A model generated the notes under the pieces. The model ran no database searches and was not told the origin of the DNA. It saw only the letters and a program-made list of their open reading frames with translations. This document shows, piece by piece, positions 20,132 to 30,466 of a DNA stretch of 64,000 nucleotides. The translations under genes and the position numbers were made by a program. Each line of letters starts with the position of its first letter. Within the stretch, counting starts at the first letter, position 1. Source of the DNA: Candidatus Krumholzibacteriia bacterium (GTDB lineage Bacteria; Krumholzibacteriota; Krumholzibacteriia; WVZY01; JAKEHA01); assembly GCA_029865265.1 (NCBI GenBank), contig JAOUHG010000001.1, positions 93,213 to 157,212 of the forward strand. The letters are read 5' to 3'.

Positions 20132-20549
20132 CCGGGCGGGTATCGTGGGAGTCGATCGGTGTCAGTTCCGCGCGGGCAACACTCTGTCCGTTGTGCGGCG
20201 GCAATTCACGTTCTAGGCTGGTCACGGCTTCAGCTACGGAGTCGAAGGTTCTGAAGATGAGTGAGAGCTTTGTGACGTCGAGCACGTCGCGAATGCGCGT
20301 GCTCACCTCTGCCAGGACCAGATCAGCACCGGCGTTGCGGGCGCTCGTGTAGGCGCCGATCAGCATGCCGATGCCCTGGCTGTTGGCCCACGGGGCATCG
20401 CCCAGCGCAACCACGATACACTTGGTGCCCGCACGCAATGTTTCGCCGAAACAATCGTGGCACTTCTCCGAGTTCTCCAGACCACCCACGAGTTTCCCGT
20501 GAATGCTGATGACGGCAACGTCTCCCCAGTATTCCCGGGTGACAATCAT
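20094..20549 (-). CDS. STAS-domain protein (anti-sigma-factor antagonist, SpoIIAA-like)
   Basis: [13 protein letters not shown]...[19 protein letters not shown] is typical of STAS. No partner kinase or anti-sigma factor is adjacent. Its 3' end overlaps the hemL 3' end by ~38 nt on the opposite strand. Confidence 0.6.
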   Translation of the reverse strand: MIVTREYWGDVAVISIHGKLVGGLENSEKCHDCFGETLRAGTKCIVVALGDAPWANSQGIGMLIGAYTSARNAGADLVLAEVSTRIRDVLDVTKLSLIFRTFDSVAEAVTSLERELPPHNGQSVARAELTPIDSHDTRPANDRDEKLPAPH

Positions 20550-20659
20550 TTCATTTACCTCCTGCTTGTGAGACAGCGCCTGCGGCGCGCAGTCACGTTC
20601 TAAATACGCTCGGGACCCCAGAAAGTTTGAGATCCGGGGGGAGTTCTTGAATTTTTGTT

Positions 20660-21776
20660 TTGCGGGATGGCAGAATGGTGGCCGTGTTTCTGGCCAACCC
20701 CATAATCGCCATCGGGTTGCGGCTGTGGGTGGTCGCCGCGCTGCTGGCGACGCCGGCCCTGGCCGGGGACTGGCACCCGCCGGAGCCGGTCGCGGGCGGC
20801 AAGGACTGGGTGCAACTCGGTTCCGGGGAATGGGTTGGCGGAAACATCGACCTGTTTCGCGACCTCAGACTGTATCTCGACAGCGACGACCTGGATGATC
20901 TCGTCATCGATTGGGAGGACGTCGCCGCCTTCCGCTCGCCGCGCGTCCTCACGCTGGCCTTCACCGGCAACCGCGTTGCCACCGGCACTGTGTCCATGCG
21001 GGACGGCGTGATTCGGGTAACCACTGCCGCCGGCGAGATGGAGTTCCGGCGCCAGGAGCTGCTTTCGATCATCGAAGGGGAGCCGCGCGAGATCAACTTC
21101 TGGTCGGCGAAGGCAAGCGCCGGGTTCACCGGCCGTTCCGGCAACACGAACCAGAGCGACATGAACGCGTTGGTGAAGATCCGGCGCGAGGCAACCCTGT
21201 CCCAGCTCAATCTGGGATACACCGGCAACTTTGGCGAAATATCCCGGTCACAGACCACCAACAACCACCGCGGCACCACAGACTTCAACATCTTCCTGAG
21301 CCGCAAGTTCTACATTACGTTGCTTGGCCTGGAAGCGTACGCGGACAAGTTCCAGAACATCGCGTTGCGTACGACGGTTGGCGCCGGCGTGGGCTACTAT
21401 TTCTACCGCACCGGCGACCTGGAGTGGTCGGTGGGACTCGGCGGGTCGTACCGCAAGACGCGTTTCGAGTCAGTCGAACCGGGAGCCGCTGGCAGTCAGG
21501 AGACCGGGTCGGTGGTGCCCGACACCCGTTTCGACGCAGATATCCGACGATATCGAACTGTCGGCGAGCTACTCCGCCCAGATCGGCGTGCCGGACGCGA
21601 AGCAGAGCACCCAGCACGCCGAGGCGCTTTTCACCGTTGACCTGGTGGGGGATATCTTCGAGTTGTCGGCGTCGCTCGCCTGGGACCGGGTGGAAGACCC
21701 GCGCCGAGACGCCGACGGGGTCGTACCCAGCCGCGATGACTTCAGGTTGTCGTTGGGATTCTCCGTTGATCTCTGA
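20660..21776 (+). pseudogene. DUF481-family outer-membrane beta-barrel protein, interrupted by a +1 frameshift near 21545-21565
   Basis: The N-terminal 295 aa read in frame A (20660..21545). The C-terminal ~75 aa (ISDDIELSASYSAQIGVPDAKQ...RLSLGFSVDL) read in frame B, ending at 21776. Removing the 10-nt sequence CCGACGATAT, which forms a tandem GATATC duplication, restores one continuous ORF (…RFDADIELSASYS…). Confidence 0.5.
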
Positions 21777-21777
21777 G

Positions 21778-21975
21778 TCAGGCGACCTTGCAGGACATAT
21801 CCTGACCGCAGCACATTGGCGACTTGACCTTACCGTGGCCTTCCGGGCACTCGGAAACGTGCACGGAGGTTCCATCCGGTTTGCTCAGCGTCTTGTGCAC
21901 CAGGTCCTTGCCACACTTTCCGCACGTCATGGTCCCGATGCTCATTCCGCACTTCTCGCAGGCGTACACAGCCAT
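21778..21975 (-). CDS. small cysteine-rich protein (65 aa, zinc-ribbon-like with two CxxCG knuckles plus a CC pair)
   Basis: MAVYACEKCGMSIGTMTCGKCGKD...SECPEGHG...PMCCGQDMSCKVA. GGAGAG lies 5 nt upstream of the ATG. It is the last gene of the PKS operon. Confidence 0.5.
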   Translation of the reverse strand: MAVYACEKCGMSIGTMTCGKCGKDLVHKTLSKPDGTSVHVSECPEGHGKVKSPMCCGQDMSCKVA

Positions 21976-22048
21976 GAATGCTCTCCTTCGATGGGGTGAA
22001 TAATCGTCGGTCTTCATCCTACACGAAACCTGGGGGCGTTGTCGAATG

Positions 22049-22573
22049 CTACGCGTGCCCGTCTCCGCGCAGCGCTGCGTTCTCCTGGCGGATGCGGGTT
22101 CGCAGCGCAAGCGCATTCAATATGGACACCAATAGCGCTGTTCGCCAGGCGCCGAAGATGAGCGGCGCGGACACCAGTTCCGCCACGATCGCCACGTAGT
22201 TGGGGTGATTCAGGAACCGGTAGGGACCGCTTGCGACCGGTGGTACGCCCGGCTCCACGATGATGCGAACGTTCCAGCGATCCCCCAGCGCCCGAATGGA
22301 GGCGTAGCGCAACGCCTGCGCGCCCAGCCATATCGCCAGCCACAGCGGCCACGACACGCCGGGCCGCTCACCCAGCACCAGCACCTCGCCCGCCATGCCG
22401 AGGATGAAGAGGACATGAACCCCCACCAGCCAGGGGAAATGACCGGCGCCGTACTCCCGCCCACCGCGGCCCATCACGCGACGTGCGTTTCGCGCCGCAA
22501 GAACGAGCTCCGAGAGTCGTTGCAGGATGACAAACGCCAGGAATGCAATGAACCAACGGGTTGCGGACTCCAC
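22049..22573 (-). CDS. isoprenylcysteine-carboxyl-methyltransferase (ICMT)-family membrane O-methyltransferase
   Basis: Polytopic 174-aa protein with the ICMT/phospholipid-methyltransferase C-terminal signature (RFLNHPNYVAIVAELVSAPLIFGAW). Its start abuts the stop of the type III PKS. Confidence 0.7.
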   Translation of the reverse strand: MESATRWFIAFLAFVILQRLSELVLAARNARRVMGRGGREYGAGHFPWLVGVHVLFILGMAGEVLVLGERPGVSWPLWLAIWLGAQALRYASIRALGDRWNVRIIVEPGVPPVASGPYRFLNHPNYVAIVAELVSAPLIFGAWRTALLVSILNALALRTRIRQENAALRGDGHA

Positions 22574-23662
22574 CTATGCCACCGCCCCGCGCGCAAGCAC
22601 ATACTCGGCTGAAAAGCCCGGGCCCAGCGCCGCTACCACGGCGTGATCTCCCGTGGCGATGTCGCGCGCCGAAAGAAAACGCTCCAGCACGAACAGGCAC
22701 GATGGCGACGACATGTTCCCGAACTCGCGCAGAACATCGCGCGCGTGCGCGAAGCGTTCGGGTTCCACACCCAGTGCATCGGCGTAGGCGCGCAGAACCT
22801 TCATACCGCCGGGGTGGGTGACGATGTGGGCGACGTCTCCCATGGAGAGACCGTTCGCGGAGAGAAACGACTCGAGGCTGGGGCGTACCTTCTCCTGCAC
22901 GATGGCGGGGATGTCGCGCGAAAAGACCACGTGCAGACCGTCGCCGTCCACCGTCCACCCCATGACATCGAGCGTGTCCGGCCACAGGATGCTGCGCGAA
23001 GCGATGAGTTCCAACGGCACGTGGGGTGGGTTGGTGACGGGCGGCACGCCGGCTCCGGCCACGAGCGCGGCCGCCGCGCCGTCGCCGAACAACGATGCCG
23101 CCACCAGGTTCCTCTTGGAGAGATCGCTGCGCTGGAAGGTCATGCTGCACAGTTCGAGGGCGATGAGCAGCACTCGCGCCGACGGATCGGCGAGGGCGAG
23201 ATCCCTTGCCAGCGCCAGGCCCGCCGCGCCGCCGGCGCACCCGAGACCCCACACCGGTGTGCGCCGTGAATCGGTGCGAAGGCCGACCTCGTTGGCCAGG
23301 AGTGCATCGAGACTGGGGGTGGCGATTCCGGTGGAGGTTACGAAGACGACGTGGTCGACGTCGTGCGCCTCCAGGTGTGCGCGGTGCAGTGCCGCGCGCG
23401 TAACATCCGCGGCCAGTGGCACCGCGTGCGCGACGAAGTGATCGTTTCGCTCCTGGAAAGAATGGTGGGTTGCGAGCCAGTCGAGCGGCACGCACAGGCG
23501 GCGCTCATCGATCTGCGCGTTGTCGAAGATCTCCAGCAGACGCGGGTCGGAACCCACCGTGTCGGAGAAGATCGCCTCCGCGAAACGCTTCACCGCCGTC
23601 TGGGGCACGACGTGGGGCGGCGTCGCCGTGGCCAGGGCGACTATTCTGGGATGAGCCGTCAC
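22574..23662 (-). CDS. type III polyketide synthase (chalcone/stilbene synthase superfamily)
   Basis: Catalytic Cys loop (WGLGCAGGAAGL), His (IVTHPGGMKVL), Asn (FGNMSSPSCLFVLE) and a C-terminal GPGFS motif; 362 aa. Confidence 0.85.
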   Translation of the reverse strand: MTAHPRIVALATATPPHVVPQTAVKRFAEAIFSDTVGSDPRLLEIFDNAQIDERRLCVPLDWLATHHSFQERNDHFVAHAVPLAADVTRAALHRAHLEAHDVDHVVFVTSTGIATPSLDALLANEVGLRTDSRRTPVWGLGCAGGAAGLALARDLALADPSARVLLIALELCSMTFQRSDLSKRNLVAASLFGDGAAAALVAGAGVPPVTNPPHVPLELIASRSILWPDTLDVMGWTVDGDGLHVVFSRDIPAIVQEKVRPSLESFLSANGLSMGDVAHIVTHPGGMKVLRAYADALGVEPERFAHARDVLREFGNMSSPSCLFVLERFLSARDIATGDHAVVAALGPGFSAEYVLARGAVA

Positions 23663-23784
23663 GACCGGAGCTTACCACCGGACGGATGCGGGCGGGCGCC
23701 AATTGATGGACTGCCCGTGGCGATGCGCGTTGCGCCAGCAACGGCAAACCCACTATAATGAGAGACGTCCCGGCCGCGGTTCCC

Positions 23785-25842
23785 ATGCAACACGTATCCC
23801 ATCGTGCCATATTGCTCCTCGCGACAGCGCTCGTGTTGTCGTCTTCGACGATTGCCCATGCGCAGAGGGTTCGGCCGGCGCGTATCCCGCCCACGGCCGG
23901 TGACGGTGCCGCCGGTTGTGCCGAGGCCAAGTCTGCGTTCGCGCTGTCCCCGGCGCGGGTGGTTGCGTCGCAGGCGAGCACCAATCTGGACATCACCTAT
24001 TACCATCTTGATTTGACGCCGGATCTGGTGGCGAGCACCGTGGCGGGAACGGTACGCGTGGAAGGCAAGGTGGTGGGATCCGCGCTCACGGTTCTTTCGC
24101 TCGATCTGGCCGCGTCCATGATCGTGTCGGCCGTGGCGCTGGCGGATGCGACGCCGCTTGTCTTTGCGCACCCGGGCGATGTGTTGAACATCACCCTGCC
24201 CGCACCGCTTGTTGCGGGTTCGCAGGTCGCCGTCGATATAACGTACAGTGGCACACCGGTCGTGTCCGGCTACGGCAATTTTGTGTTCGGGACGCGCGCA
24301 TCGGAGCGCTTTGGCTGGAGCCTGTCAGAGCCCTACGGCGCGCGCGAGTGGTGGCCGTGCAAGGATCACCCATCGGACAAGGCGGATTCCGTGCGGGTGA
24401 CGGTAACGGTTCCCGATGGTTACCGCGTGGGCTCGCAGGGAATCCTGGAAAGCGAAACCTCCGCGGCCGGAATGACCACCTACGAGTGGGTCTCCCGCTA
24501 TCCCATATCGAACTATCTGGTATCGGTTGCCATCGGTGACTACGTGCGCTACCTGGACAGCTACGATCGCCCCGCGATACTCGCCGCCCGTTATGGTCCG
24601 CTGTCGTTGCCACTCGAGCACCTGCTTTACAACGACAGCAACTCCGATCTGCCCGACGGCTGGAAGAACGTGACCGACGGTCTCGCCGTGTTCGAGGACT
24701 GGTTTGGCCCCTACCCGTTCGCCGGCGAGAAGTACGGACACGCCGAATTCACCTTTGGCGGCGGGATGGAACACCAGACCATGAGTTCCATGGGTGGCTC
24801 GGGGCCGGGGCTGGTGGCCCACGAGCTGGCGCACCAGTGGTACGGTGACAGCATCTCGCCCAAACGGTGGCCGCACCTGTGGCTCAACGAGGGCTTTGCC
24901 ACCTACGCCGAATACATCTACTGGAGCAACTGCAACGCAGAGTGCGATTCGCTCTACGCCGGCACCGCCGAGATCGTGCTGGCGTCGCGCTACCGGACGG
25001 CGCTGCGCGCGCCCGGCACGCTGGTGCTGGCGGACACGTCGAGCGTGAACGACATGTTCGATCCCACCCGCGTGTATGCCAAGGGGTCGGTGGTGTTGCA
25101 CATGCTGCGCTACGTGGTGGGCGAGACCGCGTTTCGGGACATTCTCACCGCGTGGGCGGCGGATCCGTCGGTCGAGTACGGCGTGGCGGAGACTGCCGAT
25201 TTTCAGCGCGTCGCGGAAACTGTCTCCGGCATGGACCTCGATAGATTCTTCCGGCAGTGGGTCGCCGACGGCACGGGCTACCCGGCGTACAGTTTCAGCG
25301 CGTACTGGAAGGCGGAGGGGTCGCAGTACCGGGTGTGGGTGACGTTGTCGCAGACACAGAAGCTCCCGGAATCAAATGTGGCGCTGTTCGAGATGCCCAT
25401 CGAGATTGCGGTGCAGACCATGGTAGATACCGTGCAGGTGCGCACGCGAGTCCTGAACAACCAGCAGAATCAGCTGATCGACTTCCTGGTGCCCGCGAGG
25501 CCCAGGTGGGTCACGCTGGATCCGGACCACTGGATCCTGCGCGCGGACGTCGACACGGTCTCCAGTGCCGCGGTGCCGTCGTATCCGAGCATCCTGGCCA
25601 TTGCCCCCAACCCGACGCGCGACTCGTTCTCGCTGCAGTACTCCATCGGGGGTAGCGGCACAACCACGCTGCTGATCTACGATGTGCAGGGCCGGCGTGT
25701 GTCCTCACAGAGTGTCTCCAACGCGGACAACGGTATTGCCTTCGAGACGGTGGACACGTCGCAACTCGCGTCGGGTGTGTACTTCCTGCGTATCTCGAAC
25801 AGTGGTGGACAGGCTACGCGCAAGTTCGTCGTGCTGCGCTGA
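23785..25842 (+). CDS. M1-family zinc aminopeptidase with signal peptide and T9SS-like C-terminal sorting domain
   Basis: GGMEHQ exopeptidase motif, HELAHQWYG zinc motif with a downstream E, and a signal peptide ([26 protein letters not shown]). The last ~75 aa ([15 protein letters not shown]...[11 protein letters not shown]...[10 protein letters not shown]) match the Por-secretion-tail pattern. Confidence 0.8.
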   Translation: MQHVSHRAILLLATALVLSSSTIAHAQRVRPARIPPTAGDGAAGCAEAKSAFALSPARVVASQASTNLDITYYHLDLTPDLVASTVAGTVRVEGKVVGSALTVLSLDLAASMIVSAVALADATPLVFAHPGDVLNITLPAPLVAGSQVAVDITYSGTPVVSGYGNFVFGTRASERFGWSLSEPYGAREWWPCKDHPSDKADSVRVTVTVPDGYRVGSQGILESETSAAGMTTYEWVSRYPISNYLVSVAIGDYVRYLDSYDRPAILAARYGPLSLPLEHLLYNDSNSDLPDGWKNVTDGLAVFEDWFGPYPFAGEKYGHAEFTFGGGMEHQTMSSMGGSGPGLVAHELAHQWYGDSISPKRWPHLWLNEGFATYAEYIYWSNCNAECDSLYAGTAEIVLASRYRTALRAPGTLVLADTSSVNDMFDPTRVYAKGSVVLHMLRYVVGETAFRDILTAWAADPSVEYGVAETADFQRVAETVSGMDLDRFFRQWVADGTGYPAYSFSAYWKAEGSQYRVWVTLSQTQKLPESNVALFEMPIEIAVQTMVDTVQVRTRVLNNQQNQLIDFLVPARPRWVTLDPDHWILRADVDTVSSAAVPSYPSILAIAPNPTRDSFSLQYSIGGSGTTTLLIYDVQGRRVSSQSVSNADNGIAFETVDTSQLASGVYFLRISNSGGQATRKFVVLR

Positions 25843-25847
25843 AGCCG

Positions 25848-26945
25848 GTGGAAATGGAGAAGCCCGCCATCATGAACAGCGAAACCGAACGCCGCCTGCT
25901 CGGGTTGAGCCGCCTGGTGGGAAACACGCCGCTGCTGGCGCTGGAGTTCCGCTTCCGCGGTGAGCGGCGCGTTATTTACGCCAAGGCCGAGAACCTCAAC
26001 ATGACCGGCAGCATCAAGGACCGCATGGCGCTGCACATCATCCGCCGCGCCTACGAATCCGGGCGGCTCGCGCCCGGCGATCCCATCATCGAGGCCACCA
26101 GCGGCAACACCGGCATCGCTTTTGCGGGGATCGGCCGCGCGCTGGGGCACCCGGTGCAGATCTTCATGCCGGACTGGATGAGCGAGGAGCGCAAGAACCT
26201 GATCCGCGCCTACGGGGCCACCATTCACCTGGTGACCCGGGAGGAGGGTGGCTTCCTGGGCAGCATCGAAAAGGCGGAAGCGCTCGCCGAGGCGACGCCA
26301 AACGCGTTTCTCCCGCGCCAGTTCTCCAACGAGCACAACACGGAGGCGCATGCGGTGGGTACCGGTCCCGAAATCTGGTTCCAGCTGGAAGCGCACAATC
26401 TGCGGCCCGCGGCCATCGTCGCCGGTGTCGGCACGGGTGGGACCATCATGGGCGTCGGCCGCTATCTCAAGCACCACAACCCGGCCGTCAAGGTCCACCC
26501 GCTCGAGCCCGCCAATTCCCCCACGCTGTCCACCGGGCACAAGGTGGGCAAGCATCGCATCCAGGGAATTTCCGATGAGTTCATCCCGGCCATCGTCGAC
26601 CTGACCGAACTGGACGAGGTCGTGGGTGTCGACGATGGAGACTCCATCATCATGGCGCGCAAGCTTGCCAGCGAGGTGGGATTGGGTGTGGGGATCTCTT
26701 CCGGCGCCAACTTCCTCGGCGCAGTCAAACTTCAGAACGAGATGGGTGCGGATGCGGTGGTAGCCACGATCCTGTGCGACGACAACAAGAAGTACCTGAG
26801 CACCGATCTCCTGCGCGACGAACCCGTGAAGGACGGATTCCTCTCGCCGGACGTGGAACTCACCGGTTTCCGCGCCTTCAACCGCGTGTGCAACGTCTGC
26901 TTCGATGCAAAGGAGCAGACACAGACGGACCCGCTGGGCGCGTGA
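25848..26945 (+). CDS. PLP-dependent cysteine synthase / cystathionine-beta-synthase family enzyme
   Basis: PLP-Lys motif ([13 protein letters not shown]), TSGNTGIA loop and GTGGT PLP phosphate loop. Confidence 0.75.
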   Translation: MEMEKPAIMNSETERRLLGLSRLVGNTPLLALEFRFRGERRVIYAKAENLNMTGSIKDRMALHIIRRAYESGRLAPGDPIIEATSGNTGIAFAGIGRALGHPVQIFMPDWMSEERKNLIRAYGATIHLVTREEGGFLGSIEKAEALAEATPNAFLPRQFSNEHNTEAHAVGTGPEIWFQLEAHNLRPAAIVAGVGTGGTIMGVGRYLKHHNPAVKVHPLEPANSPTLSTGHKVGKHRIQGISDEFIPAIVDLTELDEVVGVDDGDSIIMARKLASEVGLGVGISSGANFLGAVKLQNEMGADAVVATILCDDNKKYLSTDLLRDEPVKDGFLSPDVELTGFRAFNRVCNVCFDAKEQTQTDPLGA

Positions 26946-26951
26946 CGGATA

Positions 26952-29639
26952 TCAGCGGCCCTTCAGCAGGGCCGGCCAATCGTGGACCAAATAGATCAGC
27001 GAATTGGCGTTGTCGTCGGCGGTGACGGCGGCAAAGTAGCGCTTGCCGTCGCCGGTGAGCGTGCCGATGCGGTTGCGGGAGATGCGCATCTGCGGCACCG
27101 GTGTTCCCGCCCTGAAACTCGGGGTGTAATCCACCGGCACCCGCATCATGGTGGCACCGTCGGCGGCTTCGTAGAGCAGTTCACGCCCGCCCTTGTTCCA
27201 GAACACCGCAAACAGATCGCCATAGGATCCGGCGCCGTTGACGGACACGCGATACTTCTCCTGCAGGTCGGGGAACGACACCACGTACGTTTCGAACGAG
27301 CCCGACTCGTCTGAGTGATAGGCGAGATAGCGCCCGTCCGGGGAAACGGCGCCGCCCTTTTCATTGAATCGGGTCACGATGAAGGGCTTCGCCTCTCCCT
27401 TTCCATCCGTGGGAACCGTCCAGATGTCATAGCCGGTGTCGCGCGAGAGCGTGTGATAGACGATGGTTCCGCCGTCCGGTGTCCACGCGTTTGGGCGCAC
27501 AAACAGTTGATCGCGGCGGGTAAGCAGCGGGGTTTCCTCGCCCGCGCCACTGGCGTTCTTCACGTAGATGCCCTCGTTGCCGCCGCGGTTGCTGGCAAAG
27601 GCGATGCGCCGCCCATCCGGCGACCAGATCATGCTGCCGTTGATCGATGGATCGAAGGTCACCCGCGAGGCTGCGCCCCGGCTCAGCTCGATGATGAAGA
27701 TATCGCTGGTGTTCTCGGCGTTGGTGGCGCTCAGCCGCGACGCCGCCAGCCGGGTTCCGTCGGGGGAAAGAGCGACGTCGAGGTACATGCCGTCATCGAC
27801 GCGAACCTTGCCGCGCTGCACACCCGAGGCGTCCCACTCCGGGATGAATGACGACTGAACGGCGGACGTGGTGCGCACGATGACACCGTTGTCGGACACC
27901 GAGAGATTGGGGGAACCGCTCCATCCTCCGCTGGAACCGGGCGGCTCGCCCAGCGGGATCAGCGGGCCCGCCGCCTCCAGCTTCTTCGTGTCGAAACGCT
28001 GCGCGACCAGCGATTGCTCGCGGCCGTAAAGCACGAAACCCGGTTCCGCGTAAACCGCGGCCCCGCGCGCGTTGACCGCGAGCTTGCGGTCGAACGAATC
28101 AATGGACCCGACGAACGTGTCGAAGGTGCCGTTCTGCGCCGGCAACGACACGTACAGGAAGTGCTTTCCGTCGGGGAGGAAGCACGGAAAGCGGTGCGCC
28201 TGTTCGCCGCGGGTCGAATCCAGCTGGGTGACCTGCACCGGCACGCCGCCGTCGGCGGAAACCTTGAACAAAGGTCCGCCCGACGAGGGTGCAAACACGA
28301 TCACGCCATCGCGGTTCCAGGTCCCGCCCCGCCCGTCGGGGGCCGCGCATACCACCTGCGGGGTGCCGCCACCGGCCGGCATGCGCATCAGCTTGCCCGC
28401 GGCCGAGAAGAACGCGATGTTCCTGCTGTCGGCCGACCAGAAGGGCAGGCCGGAGTCTTCGGTGCCGGGGAGCGGCCGCGCCTGGCGGTCGTCGAGGTGA
28501 AGCGTCCACAGCCGATAGGTCCCGAGCGTGTCCGTCGCCAGGAACACAATGGAGCGTCCGTCCGGGGAGATCTTGATCTGGGCTTGCGACGCCGCGATGC
28601 TGTTGGCCCGGTCCAGCGGCTCCACCGCGAAGCGGCTGACCTCCAGGGTCTGCTTCGGGCGCATGAGTGTCGAGGTGGCGAGAGCGATTGCCGCGGCGCC
28701 GAACACCGCGGCTGTGATCCACGCGGTGCGCTCGCGGCTCCGGCGCCGTGCGCGCACCGGGGCGGCCACGCCTGCCTGCGACCCGGCGTCGCGGATCCAG
28801 GTGAGTTCCAGCATGAGGTCGCGCGCGGTCTGCCAGCGATCGTCCGGCTTCTTCTCCAGGCAGCGGTGCACCACGCGCTCGAACGCGGGCGGCGTAAGCG
28901 GCTGCAGTTCGGCGATGGCGCGCGGCTGGTCTTTCAGAATGGACGCGATGAGCGAGGCCTGGGTGTCTCCCTGAAACGCGCGACGCCCGGTGGCCATCTC
29001 GTAGAGTACGGCGCCGAACGAGAAGATGTCGGTACGCGCGTCGGCGGGGCGGCCTTCCAGCTGCTCGGGCGCCATATACTGGAAGGTGCCGATGATGGCG
29101 CCCTCAGCGGTGAGCGATCGCGCCATGGTGGGCGACTGGGTCAGGTCGCCGCCGGCGCCGAGTTCGGCGCTGCGCGCGAGGCCGAAGTCCAGCAGCTTGG
29201 CGCCCGACGGGGTGAGCATGATGTTGCCGGGCTTGAGATCGCGATGGATCAGGTTCTGGCGGTGCGCCCGATCCAGCGCGTCAGCAATCTGAATGCCGAT
29301 GACAAGGAGTTCGCGCATGGGGATAGCACCGCGCGCGATGCGGTCCTGCAGCGACTCGCCCTCGATGTACTCGAGCACCAGAAAGTCCACGCCGTCCTCG
29401 TGACCCACGTCGTGCAGCGTGCAGATGTTGGGATGGTTGAGGCTGGAGACTGCCCGCGCCTCGCGCTCGAAGCGCTGGCGCACCTCGGGCGATGCGGTCA
29501 GGTGGCCGGCGAGCACCTTGATGGCGACGTCGCGGTCCAGGCGCGTGTCGCGCGCGCGGTACACCTCACCCATGCCGCCCGCGCCGATGGGGGAGACGAT
29601 TTCGTACGGGCCGAGCCGTGTGCCGGGGTTGATCTGCAT
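26952..29639 (-). CDS. Ser/Thr protein kinase fused to a TolB-like beta-propeller (WD40-like) domain
   Basis: Hanks kinase motifs (GAGGMGEVY, AIK, HRDLKPGNIML, DFGLA, APE), a TM segment and ~550 aa of TolB-type repeats. Confidence 0.8.
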   Translation of the reverse strand: MQINPGTRLGPYEIVSPIGAGGMGEVYRARDTRLDRDVAIKVLAGHLTASPEVRQRFEREARAVSSLNHPNICTLHDVGHEDGVDFLVLEYIEGESLQDRIARGAIPMRELLVIGIQIADALDRAHRQNLIHRDLKPGNIMLTPSGAKLLDFGLARSAELGAGGDLTQSPTMARSLTAEGAIIGTFQYMAPEQLEGRPADARTDIFSFGAVLYEMATGRRAFQGDTQASLIASILKDQPRAIAELQPLTPPAFERVVHRCLEKKPDDRWQTARDLMLELTWIRDAGSQAGVAAPVRARRRSRERTAWITAAVFGAAAIALATSTLMRPKQTLEVSRFAVEPLDRANSIAASQAQIKISPDGRSIVFLATDTLGTYRLWTLHLDDRQARPLPGTEDSGLPFWSADSRNIAFFSAAGKLMRMPAGGGTPQVVCAAPDGRGGTWNRDGVIVFAPSSGGPLFKVSADGGVPVQVTQLDSTRGEQAHRFPCFLPDGKHFLYVSLPAQNGTFDTFVGSIDSFDRKLAVNARGAAVYAEPGFVLYGREQSLVAQRFDTKKLEAAGPLIPLGEPPGSSGGWSGSPNLSVSDNGVIVRTTSAVQSSFIPEWDASGVQRGKVRVDDGMYLDVALSPDGTRLAASRLSATNAENTSDIFIIELSRGAASRVTFDPSINGSMIWSPDGRRIAFASNRGGNEGIYVKNASGAGEETPLLTRRDQLFVRPNAWTPDGGTIVYHTLSRDTGYDIWTVPTDGKGEAKPFIVTRFNEKGGAVSPDGRYLAYHSDESGSFETYVVSFPDLQEKYRVSVNGAGSYGDLFAVFWNKGGRELLYEAADGATMMRVPVDYTPSFRAGTPVPQMRISRNRIGTLTGDGKRYFAAVTADDNANSLIYLVHDWPALLKGR

Positions 29640-29671
29640 GCCGGGGAACTCCTGTCTGGGAATGAAATGAC

Positions 29672-29697
29672 GCGGCCATTCTAGCGGGAATGGCCGC
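29672..29697 (-). terminator. perfect 10-11 bp GC-rich hairpin downstream of msrA
   Basis: GCGGCCATTC-tagcgg-GAATGGCCGC between msrA (3' end at 29749) and the kinase start at 29639. Confidence 0.4.
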
Positions 29698-29748
29698 GCC
29701 GATCAAAGCTGGATTGTCCGCACGGATGCCGGAATTCCGGACCGGAGA

Positions 29749-30348
29749 CTACTTCTCGAGCGGTGACGTTTCCTTGAGATCGTCGGCGAAGAGCTTGCGC
29801 ACCTTGTCCACCTTGGGGAGCGCCACCGCGCGCACGTAGCCCTGGTTGGGGTTGGTGCACACGTAATTCTGATGGTAGATCTCCGCGGGGTAGAACTCCT
29901 TGAGCGGTTCCAGCGTGGTCACGATGGGGCGCGGGTACTTGTGCTCTTTCGTCAACTCCGCGATGTAGTCCGCCGCCGCCTTCTTCTCCGCGTCGTTGGC
30001 GTAGAAGATCGCCGACCGGTACTGGGTGCCGTGATCATTGCCCTGGCGGTTGGGCGTGGTGGGGTCGTGGGTGGCAAAATGCACCACCAGCAGCTTCTGG
30101 AAGCTGATCTTCGAGGGGTCGTAGATGATCTTCACGGCCTCGGCGTGGCCGGTGGTGCCGGTGCACACAGCCTCGTAGTTGGCGGTCTCCGCGGAGCCGC
30201 CGGTGTAGCCGGAGACGGCGTCGATCACGCCGTCGAGTTCCTCAAAAACGGCCTCGACGCACCAGAAGCACCCGCCGGCAAAGACGGCGGTGGCGTGCTC
30301 GGCGGCGGGCGGCTGTGGCGGTGGTGTGGCAGGTGTCATGGGTATCAT
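29749..30348 (-). CDS. msrA: peptide methionine-S-sulfoxide reductase
   Basis: GCFWCVE active-site motif and the MsrA fold. The start is uncertain; the ORF is open to 30417. Confidence 0.8.
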   Translation of the reverse strand: MIPMTPATPPPQPPAAEHATAVFAGGCFWCVEAVFEELDGVIDAVSGYTGGSAETANYEAVCTGTTGHAEAVKIIYDPSKISFQKLLVVHFATHDPTTPNRQGNDHGTQYRSAIFYANDAEKKAAADYIAELTKEHKYPRPIVTTLEPLKEFYPAEIYHQNYVCTNPNQGYVRAVALPKVDKVRKLFADDLKETSPLEK

Positions 30349-30466
30349 GATAGCAGAAACGTAATCAGCGGGCGTTTGGATGTCAAAAGTACGCCGGGGC
30401 ATCGAATGCCTTGACACAACGGGCCACGTAAGCCTTCATTTGAGCACAGGATAGCCGCTTTCACGC

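Noticed and set aside
20207-20602. Repeated CACGTTCTA nonamer at 20209 and 20594 flanking the STAS gene.
   Set aside because: There are only two copies, one of them inside the coding sequence. There is no dyad symmetry and no associated mobile-element genes. It is probably chance.
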